Below, one piece after another: positions 56,911 through 64,000 of a DNA stretch of 64,000 nucleotides. The translations under genes were made by a program, and so were the position numbers. A model generated the notes under the pieces. The model was not told the origin of the DNA. It was given only the letters and a program-made list of their open reading frames with translations, and did not search any database. The stretch is from Aliicoccus persicus (lineage in GTDB: Bacteria > Bacillota > Bacilli > Staphylococcales > Salinicoccaceae): contig DYYI01000071.1 in NCBI GenBank assembly GCA_020741755.1, forward strand, positions 16,394 through 80,393. Direction: 5' to 3'. The first letter of the stretch is position 1. Each line of letters opens with the position of its first letter.

Positions 56911-58323
56911 TTAAATTTCATCTGAAGTCACGATGCGATGAAGCGCTTCTAAATAAATCGTTGTGACGCGCAGAAGCTCATCAATTTTCATACGTTCATT
57001 TTTTTGATGCATCGTATCTAAACTATCTTCAAACATTGCTCCAAAAGCGACACCCTTATCGAGTGTTCTCGCATAAGTTCCCCCACCGATTGTAAATGGT
57101 TCACGTGGGTCATCTACATGGTTTCTATACGAATCGACCAGTACTTTAATTAATGGGTCATCTTTCTCGACATAATGTGGGGGCATACCACTCGCATCTT
57201 CTATTCTAAATTGCTCTTGATCTAATGTTTTCTTCAAACGATCAATCGTTTGATCGAAATCTACCCCAAATGGATAGCGATAGTTCACGCCGACATGTCC
57301 ACCATCGATTGCGTCATACTTGATAATTCCACTATTTACTGTCGTTTCGCCCATCTCTTCATGCGTGCTAAATATATCCATTTGAGAACCATCAAGATTA
57401 TCTACAACGAAACGGTTCATCACATCTACAAAGTGCTGTCCACGACCATCCAGTGATAACTCCGATAAAAACTTCAGTAAAATATGACCCGCATGCACGC
57501 CTTCTTTCGGTGTAGATCCGTGTGCGCTCTTACCTGAAACTTTTAATTCTAAATTGCCATTGATACCAACATTGCCCTTAACATCATTATCTGCGATAAA
57601 TTGCTCAAACTTCATTTTTATATCTTCAACGTCTTCTGTTTGTAGTCGTGCAATTGCAGCGTCCGGCACAACATTGTAGGCACTGCCTGAATTGAAATCG
57701 ATTAATGTAACGGGTGCTGCTTCTACATTCTCCTCGTCTACATTTTGAACGAGATTAAAAGTTGAAATCCCCTTTTCTCCATGTATTAACGGGAATGCTG
57801 CATCTGGTGCAAACCCGGCATCTGGCATTGCTTCGCTATCAAAGTACGCACGTGTACATTCCCAATTGGATTCCTCATCTGTACCGATGATTAATCTTAA
57901 ACGCTGATTAAAATCGACGCCTTGATCTTTTAATATTTTCACCGCATAGTAGGCAGCCATCGTTGGTCCCTTATCGTCTTGGACGCCACGTGCGATTAAA
58001 TAGCCATCTTTAATCGTCGGCTCAAACGGTGGTGTGTCCCAATCGTCAGCAGATACTGGTACGACGTCTACGTGACCTAATACACCAAAAATCTTGTCAC
58101 CACTACCATGTTCGATGTGTCCGGCTAAATTATCAACAGATTTTGTCGTCATCCCGTCACGTTCACCGATTGTCATCATGTAGTTTAATGCTGCAAGTGG
58201 GCCTTCACCAACCGGTGCTTCTTCTGTAGTTTCACCACGCACACTTTCGATTGCGAGCAATCCTTTTAAATCATCAATCAATTGATCTTTGTACTGTTCT
58301 ACCAATGCTTTATAGTCCATCAC
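56911..58323 (-). CDS. pepV: dipeptidase PepV (M20A)
   Basis: 470 aa. It has the VLGHVDVVP, RGVQDDKGP and GTDEES blocks. Confidence 0.92.
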   Translation of the reverse strand: MMDYKALVEQYKDQLIDDLKGLLAIESVRGETTEEAPVGEGPLAALNYMMTIGERDGMTTKSVDNLAGHIEHGSGDKIFGVLGHVDVVPVSADDWDTPPFEPTIKDGYLIARGVQDDKGPTMAAYYAVKILKDQGVDFNQRLRLIIGTDEESNWECTRAYFDSEAMPDAGFAPDAAFPLIHGEKGISTFNLVQNVDEENVEAAPVTLIDFNSGSAYNVVPDAAIARLQTEDVEDIKMKFEQFIADNDVKGNVGINGNLELKVSGKSAHGSTPKEGVHAGHILLKFLSELSLDGRGQHFVDVMNRFVVDNLDGSQMDIFSTHEEMGETTVNSGIIKYDAIDGGHVGVNYRYPFGVDFDQTIDRLKKTLDQEQFRIEDASGMPPHYVEKDDPLIKVLVDSYRNHVDDPREPFTIGGGTYARTLDKGVAFGAMFEDSLDTMHQKNERMKIDELLRVTTIYLEALHRIVTSDEI

Positions 58324-58344
58324 AATACCTCCATAAATTAAATA

Positions 58345-58370
58345 AACGCTATCTAATTATAGATAGCGTT
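58345..58370 (-). terminator. hairpin after the YtxH-like gene
   Basis: AACGCTATCTA-atta-TAGATAGCGTT, followed on the minus strand by UAUUUAAUUU. It lies 22 nt upstream of the pepV start. Confidence 0.6.
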
Positions 58371-58390
58371 TTAACCTTATTTATATCATA

Positions 58391-58918
58391 CTACTTCTCA
58401 TCATTTTTCGTAACGATTGTCTTGTTATCCTCAGAATCATCTAACACTTCTGATTCATCTTCCAGTTCATCGTTCACTTGAACCGGTGCTTCATCGTCGA
58501 AACGCGATTCTTGCACTTCATCCGACTCTTCTGATTCATTTTTGTTTCTAATATCTTGAACTTTGTTTTTTGCATCTGATTTAATTTTTTCAAATTCTTC
58601 TTTTGTTTTTGACTGCAACTCTTCAGATTTTGATTTAATCTTGTCAAATTCATCTTTCGCTTTGGACTGGATGTCCTCAGTATATGCTTTCGGATCTTCT
58701 TTTACTTTGTTGTATTCTTCTTTAGCTTTTCCTTGGAACTCAGTTGCACTAGTAGAAACTTTCTCTTGAATATCTTCTGCATATTTTTTCGGGTCTTCTT
58801 TTGCTTTGTTGTACTCTTCAACGACACGATCTCTATTTTCTTTTTTGCTGAGTTGTTTTGCAGCATAACCAATACCAACTAACGCAGCAATTCTTAATAA
58901 GAATTTAAACATATTCAT
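58391..58918 (-). CDS. YtxH-like membrane-anchored K/E-rich protein with internal repeats
   Basis: 175 aa. It has an N-terminal hydrophobic anchor and a duplicated EEYNK-x-KEDPK-x-Y-x-EDIQ-x-K unit. Confidence 0.7.
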   Translation of the reverse strand: MNMFKFLLRIAALVGIGYAAKQLSKKENRDRVVEEYNKAKEDPKKYAEDIQEKVSTSATEFQGKAKEEYNKVKEDPKAYTEDIQSKAKDEFDKIKSKSEELQSKTKEEFEKIKSDAKNKVQDIRNKNESEESDEVQESRFDDEAPVQVNDELEDESEVLDDSEDNKTIVTKNDEK

Positions 58919-58972
58919 TCTCCTCTTTACTATTCGATTTGTTAAAAATAATCTACCCTACATTGTTTAAAT

Positions 58973-59668
58973 TCAAACATGACTGAATAATAATTTTATC
59001 TCGTCATCGGTTAGTTTTCTTGACTCAGAAAAGTTGAGGTTCGGGTCTAAAACTAGGCGTCCAAAAGACTTTCTGTGCAGCTCTTCTACTTGATTTTCTA
59101 CCGCATGCATCATCCGTTTCACTTGATGAAATTTACCTTCTGTAATCGTCAGTTCGATACAGTCATCTCGCAGCACTTTTACTGATGCTGGTTGTGTTGT
59201 GAAATCACTGAGTTCAACACCAGTTTCCAACTGTTTAATCGCTTCATCTGTAATTGCTTTCTTCAATGTAACAACATACGTTTTATCGACCTTTTTTTTC
59301 GGTGACAACAATTGATGACCAAGTTGCCCATCGTTCGTGATAATCAGTAAACCCGTCGTGTTTCTGTCCAATCGGCCGAGTGGAAATAACATTTCTTTTT
59401 GTGGATGCTGAATCAAGTCCATCACGGTTTGATGTTTATCGTCTTTTGTTGCCGTGATGACTCGCTTTGGCTTATTGAGCATGATGTAGACGTGTTTCTC
59501 GAGACTGACTACTCTGTCATCTAATTTGATGATGTCATCATCTGAAACATATGTTTTTCCAACAGTTTCAATCTGTTCATTGATAGTCACACGCTTTTCT
59601 TTTATGATCTTTGTGACATCTTTCCTACTTCCCATTCCTGCATTCGATAAAAACTTATCGAGTCTCAT
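58973..59668 (-). CDS. pseudouridine synthase, RsuA/RluB family (YtzG-like)
   Basis: 231 aa. It has an S4 domain (MRLDKFLSNAGMGSRKDV) and the catalytic GRLDRNTTGLL block. Confidence 0.9.
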   Translation of the reverse strand: MRLDKFLSNAGMGSRKDVTKIIKEKRVTINEQIETVGKTYVSDDDIIKLDDRVVSLEKHVYIMLNKPKRVITATKDDKHQTVMDLIQHPQKEMLFPLGRLDRNTTGLLIITNDGQLGHQLLSPKKKVDKTYVVTLKKAITDEAIKQLETGVELSDFTTQPASVKVLRDDCIELTITEGKFHQVKRMMHAVENQVEELHRKSFGRLVLDPNLNFSESRKLTDDEIKLLFSHV

Positions 59669-61306
59669 CTATAACACTCTCAACTTTCGTCTGATTTTCT
59701 GTGCAGTTTCACCGAGCACCGCATCTGCAAGTCCTGTCTTAAATATGAGGACGATATAGACAACAACAGCAATAGGTATTGTCGCAACTAACATGATGAT
59801 TGCATCCATCGTTCCTGTAATATCTAAGTGGCGATTCAATAAGAAGTAGATGACTTCGACAACGAGTACCATAACGATTGAGTAAACAACCATTTCAGTT
59901 AACGGACGCAACAGCGTTCTAGATTTGAACTTAGAGAAATACTTAATCGTTAGCAAATTAAGTGTTATTCCAACCGCTAAACTAATCATCGTACCGAGAA
60001 CAGCACCGACAGTATAGAATTCCATAATCAGTGGGATATTAATTAATAACTTCACTGCAAACATGATGACGATGTAAACCATCGTATACCACTGCTTGTT
60101 GATCCCTTGCATGATTGAACATGTAACAGTAAATAAAGCAAATAAGATTGCCACAGGTGCATAGACCAGCAAGACGAGATTTCCGAACTCATTATATTCA
60201 TAAAATGCGGTATAAATCGGTGCCGATAAAATCAATAAACCAAGCGCTGCTGGAATGGTGAAAATCAATGTCGATAATAACGTAGTTTTAATATGAACAT
60301 TGACTGAATCCAATTGTTTTAAGAAATAATTTTTCGTGATGAAAGGAATCGATGACACACCAAATGCAGATGCAAAAGCGGTTGGAATCATAACGAGCTT
60401 GTGTGTCGTTAAGTTCAAAATCGTAAACCACTCATGATGATATGTCTCAGGTACATTCGCCATCTCAAGCGCGTTATTGTGTGTCAACTGGTCGATGAGC
60501 ATCAATGTTGATATGCTAATTCCCATCAATATAATCGGTACACTGTAACTGATTATTTCTTTGTACATGACTCTATAAGACAGTGTCTCACCCGTATCAT
60601 CAGATGCGACCATCTTATCGATGTGCGGCTTTCGCTTAAACCAGAAAAACATCAGTGTAAACAGTGCAGCAAATCCACCGATAAATGCAGCAAATACTGC
60701 CACTTCGTTTGCCGTACGAATACTGCCGTTGATCACTTCGATGACGATGTAAGTTCCCGCTAACAAGAAGATGATACGAACAAGTTGCTCTAAAACAAGC
60801 GAAGCAGTCGTCGGTCCAAACGATTCAAATCCTTGGAACACACCGCGCCATGTAGCAAATAACGGGATGATGATAATTGCGAAACTGATCACGCGAATAA
60901 CGCGTGTAATATCTTCCGTTGACCAAATGGCATCTCCTGCATACAGCGTCTGTATATCTGCCAATATCGGTGCCATAAAGAACAAGATAATAAACGATAT
61001 AATCCCTAAACCAAAGGACACAATAAAACTAGAAAGGTACAATTTCTGACTGGTCTTGTACATTCCTAGCGCATTATACTTCGCAATGAATTTTGACACT
61101 GCTCCTGGTAACCCTGCAATCGCAAATGACAGCATGATTGCATATGGCGTATAAGCATATCCATATAGTGCTAAATTTTCTTCTCCACCCATTATCGAGT
61201 AAAATGGGATTATGTATAACATGCCCATGATTTGTGTCGATACTGCACCGACAGTTAATAACCATGAGCCTCTGAGCATTTTTTCTGAATCATTTTTTTG
61301 TGACAT
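59669..61306 (-). CDS. murJ: MOP-superfamily flippase, YtgP/MurJ-type (putative lipid II flippase)
   Basis: 545 aa and about 14 TM. Synteny matches ytgP (ytzG-ytgP-ytfP-leuS). The flippase function is inferred from B. subtilis YtgP (MurJ). Confidence 0.75.
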   Translation of the reverse strand: MSQKNDSEKMLRGSWLLTVGAVSTQIMGMLYIIPFYSIMGGEENLALYGYAYTPYAIMLSFAIAGLPGAVSKFIAKYNALGMYKTSQKLYLSSFIVSFGLGIISFIILFFMAPILADIQTLYAGDAIWSTEDITRVIRVISFAIIIIPLFATWRGVFQGFESFGPTTASLVLEQLVRIIFLLAGTYIVIEVINGSIRTANEVAVFAAFIGGFAALFTLMFFWFKRKPHIDKMVASDDTGETLSYRVMYKEIISYSVPIILMGISISTLMLIDQLTHNNALEMANVPETYHHEWFTILNLTTHKLVMIPTAFASAFGVSSIPFITKNYFLKQLDSVNVHIKTTLLSTLIFTIPAALGLLILSAPIYTAFYEYNEFGNLVLLVYAPVAILFALFTVTCSIMQGINKQWYTMVYIVIMFAVKLLINIPLIMEFYTVGAVLGTMISLAVGITLNLLTIKYFSKFKSRTLLRPLTEMVVYSIVMVLVVEVIYFLLNRHLDITGTMDAIIMLVATIPIAVVVYIVLIFKTGLADAVLGETAQKIRRKLRVL

Positions 61307-61382
61307 ATACGTACCCTACCTATTACAATATAATGTTCATTATAAATGAATTCAGATGAATTAAACAAATAAGGTGATAAAA

Positions 61383-62636
61383 ATGTACGATACAATCGTA
61401 ATCGGTGGTGGCGTCAGTGGTTTAATGGCTGCTGTTAGTGCCAGTGCAAACAACAAAAAAGTTTTGATCATTGAAAAGAATAATCGTTTGGGTAAGAAAC
61501 TACTTATCTCTGGTGGTGGTCGTTGTAATGTGACCAATCGTCTCCCCTATGAAGAAATAATCAAGCACATACCGGGCAATGGTAAGTTTTTGTATGGACC
61601 ATTTAGTGTGTTTGATAACGAAGACATCATCAACTTCGTCGAGTCATCAGGCGTTGCCTTAAAAGAAGAAGACCACGGACGAATGTTTCCTGTGTCAAAC
61701 AAGGCAAAAGACGTTCTAAATGTATTTTTAGATAAGCTCGATAAGAATGGTGTCGAGATTAAATTCGAAACTGTTGTGGAGTCAATTAATGTTGAAGACG
61801 ACAAAGTCGTTTCAATAACGACGACCTCAGGTGAGGAAATTAAAACACATCATATCATCGTTGCGACAGGTGGTAAAAGTGTACCGAAAACAGGATCTAC
61901 TGGGGATGGCCATACGTTTGCAAAATCTGCCGGACACAGCATCACTGAGCTCTTTCCAACAGAAGTGCCGATCATATCTAATGAACCATTTATTAAAGAA
62001 GGCATGTTAAAAGGATTGAGTTTAAAAGATGTTGCACTGAGTGTACTAAAGAAAAATGGTAAACCAAGAATCACACAACAGATGGACATGATATTTACAC
62101 ACTTTGGTGTAAGTGGTCCAGCGGCGCTTAGATGCTCACAATTCATCTTCAAAGAACAACAAGCTCAAAAGCAGAAAGAGATAACGATGATGCTTGACTT
62201 TTATCCGGAGCAGTCGCTTGGACAAATCACACATGAATTTAATCAATTAATAGAATCTAATAAAGACAAAGCGCTAAAAAATATTTTGAAACAGATGATG
62301 CAGGAACGCTTGGCATTGTTTCTACTCTCTTATTTAAATATCGATGGCGAAAAATCAGGACACCATATTAAAAAAGAAGAAATCGAAAGCATCATTCAAT
62401 TTTTAAAACAGTTTAAGTTTAATGTACATGGCACAAAATCTATCGAAGAAGCATTTGTTACAGGTGGTGGCGTGCATTTAAAAGAGATCACACCACAAAC
62501 TATGGAAAGCAAGTTTGTTCATGGGCTTTACTTCTGTGGTGAAGTATTAGATATTCACGGCTATACGGGTGGCTATAATATTACGAGCGCTCTTGTCACT
62601 GGTTATGTTGCCGGACATAGTGCAAACAATAACTAA
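61383..62636 (+). CDS. NAD(P)/FAD-dependent oxidoreductase, HI0933/BaiN-like (YtfP)
   Basis: The FAD fold is IVIGGGVSGLMAA, followed by LISGGGRCNVTN. The ATG at 61383 lies after AAGGTGA; the track GTG is at 61374. Confidence 0.85.
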   Translation: MYDTIVIGGGVSGLMAAVSASANNKKVLIIEKNNRLGKKLLISGGGRCNVTNRLPYEEIIKHIPGNGKFLYGPFSVFDNEDIINFVESSGVALKEEDHGRMFPVSNKAKDVLNVFLDKLDKNGVEIKFETVVESINVEDDKVVSITTTSGEEIKTHHIIVATGGKSVPKTGSTGDGHTFAKSAGHSITELFPTEVPIISNEPFIKEGMLKGLSLKDVALSVLKKNGKPRITQQMDMIFTHFGVSGPAALRCSQFIFKEQQAQKQKEITMMLDFYPEQSLGQITHEFNQLIESNKDKALKNILKQMMQERLALFLLSYLNIDGEKSGHHIKKEEIESIIQFLKQFKFNVHGTKSIEEAFVTGGGVHLKEITPQTMESKFVHGLYFCGEVLDIHGYTGGYNITSALVTGYVAGHSANNN

Positions 62637-62680
62637 AAAGAACATCGTGCTTAAAAATTTATGCACGATGTTCTTAAATT
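62635..62680. terminator. bidirectional terminator (ytfP / leuS)
   Basis: AAGAACATCGTGC-ttaaaaatttat-GCACGATGTTCTT, flanked by A/T runs. Confidence 0.88.
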
Positions 62681-62688
62681 TTAAAATG

Positions 62689-64000
62689 CTATTTCGCCAC
62701 AATATTTACAAGCTTACCAGGAACAACAATCGTTCTGTTGACCGTCTTGCCTTCAATCGCTGCTTGGATTTTTTCATTATCCATCGCAATTTGTACAAGC
62801 TCATCTTTCGTTGCGTCAGGACTAACATCTATCTTATCCTTCACTTTACCGTTAACTTGCGCTACGATTTCTACAGTTTCTGCGACGAGTTTTGATTCAT
62901 CATATGTTGGCCAATCCTCATAAGTGATTGTTGTTTCTCCACCAAGTTTTTCCCACAGCTCTTCAGCGATATGTGGTGCGATCGGCGATAACATTTTGAC
63001 GAATCCTTTAATGTAATCCCGATTGATTTTATCTTGTTTATAACCGTCATTGATGAACACCATCAGTTGAGAAATCGCCGTGTTGAAGTGTAAGTTTTCG
63101 TAGTCCACAGTCACTTTTTTAACTGTCTCGTGATACACTTTCTCGAGTTCTGGTGTCTCATCATCCGTCACTTTCTCAGATAAACTGCCATCCTCATTGA
63201 CGAATAGACGCCATACACGGTCTAGGAAACGACGTGATCCGTCAAGTCCTGTTTCGCTCCACGCAATTGCTGCATCGAGTGGTCCCATGAACATCTCATA
63301 TAATCTCAGTGTATCTGCACCGTGTGTATAGACGATATCATCTGGGTTAACGACGTTCCCTTTTGATTTACTCATCTTTTCATTACCTTCTCCAAGAATC
63401 ATCCCTTGGTTAAATAATTTTTGGAATGGTTCTTTCGTTGGCACAACACCGATATCGTAAAGCACTTTATGCCAGAAACGTGCGTACAGTAAATGCAGTA
63501 CCGCATGTTCTACACCACCGATGTAAAGATCTACAGGCAGCCAATGTTTGATTTTCTCTGGATCAGCAATCACTTCACTATTATTTGGATCGATATAGCG
63601 AAGATAATACCAACAACTACCTGCCCACTGTGGCATCGTATTGGTTTCACGACGGCCTTTGACGCCATCTTCACGCGTCACATTGATCCATTCTTCATTG
63701 TTAGCAAGCGGTGATTCGCCAGTGCCGGATGGTTTAATTTGTTCCATATAAGGAAGCTCTAATGGCAGTTCCTCTTCAGGCACTGTTGACATCGTGCCGT
63801 CTTCCCAATGAATGATTGGAATCGGCTCTCCCCAGTAACGCTGACGTGAGTATAGCCAGTCGCGTAATTTATACGTCGTCGTCTTCGTTCCAACGTTTTT
63901 ATCTTCTAGTAATTCAATCGCTTTTTTAATACCGTCATCTTTGTTTAAACCATCAAGCGGTCCTGAATTAATGTGCGCACCGTCACCGACAAATGCTTCT
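62689..64000 (-). CDS. leuS: leucyl-tRNA synthetase (C-terminal part; 5' end beyond window)
   Basis: The frame continues upstream of the track Met at 63792 ([18 protein letters not shown] read at 63793..63846). It has the KMSKS motif and a C-terminal anticodon-binding region. Confidence 0.95.
   Translation of the reverse strand, partial: EAFVGDGAHINSGPLDGLNKDDGIKKAIELLEDKNVGTKTTTYKLRDWLYSRQRYWGEPIPIIHWEDGTMSTVPEEELPLELPYMEQIKPSGTGESPLANNEEWINVTREDGVKGRRETNTMPQWAGSCWYYLRYIDPNNSEVIADPEKIKHWLPVDLYIGGVEHAVLHLLYARFWHKVLYDIGVVPTKEPFQKLFNQGMILGEGNEKMSKSKGNVVNPDDIVYTHGADTLRLYEMFMGPLDAAIAWSETGLDGSRRFLDRVWRLFVNEDGSLSEKVTDDETPELEKVYHETVKKVTVDYENLHFNTAISQLMVFINDGYKQDKINRDYIKGFVKMLSPIAPHIAEELWEKLGGETTITYEDWPTYDESKLVAETVEIVAQVNGKVKDKIDVSPDATKDELVQIAMDNEKIQAAIEGKTVNRTIVVPGKLVNIVAK

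Overview
This low-GC window reads as conserved Bacillales, most likely Staphylococcaceae-type, chromosomal backbone. Gene order follows the Bacillus subtilis 'yt' region, as I recall it. The order is dnaE, nrnA, ytpI, ytoI, ytkL, ald, usp, ackA, ytxK, tpx, yteJ-sppA, ppnK, thiI-iscS, ezrA, GAF protein, rpsD, then an insert, then tyrS, a class A PBP, fhs, acsA/acuABC, ccpA, ytxG, murC, an FtsK-like gene, ytpR, ytpQ, an EIIC-like protein, an M42 peptidase, patB, trmB, ytmP, pepV, rsuA-like, murJ(ytgP), ytfP and leuS. About three quarters of the genes lie on the minus strand in tightly packed operons. All genes look intact. dnaE and leuS are cut only by the window edges. I found no rRNA, tRNA, CRISPR array, IS or transposase, integrase, prophage or recognisable defence genes. 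The only segment that looks accessory is about 21.1-34.4 kb, between rpsD/LCP and tyrS. It holds a GNAT/M20/lipoprotein operon, an orphan 72-aa gene, a histidine phosphatase, a complete Bce-type peptide-antibiotic module with a DUF418 membrane protein fused to its operon, a dipeptidase, a YjiH-type membrane protein and a LemA-TPM pair. Supported RNA and regulatory elements are a tyrosine T-box upstream of tyrS, a consensus promoter plus about 190-nt leader for rpsD, a BceR-type operator upstream of the ABC transporter genes, and many intrinsic terminators. I do not see a compelling stand-alone novel system. There are three leads worth following. (1) An FtsK/SftA-family protein in the murC operon has a destroyed P-loop, no membrane anchor and no gamma domain. 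(2) The DUF418 protein is translationally coupled to the BceRS-like two-component system. (3) A 388-nt non-coding region between pepV and ytmP contains a stable hairpin with a UCUCCCU loop and an intrinsic terminator. All functional calls rest on reading motifs by eye. No database search was run.
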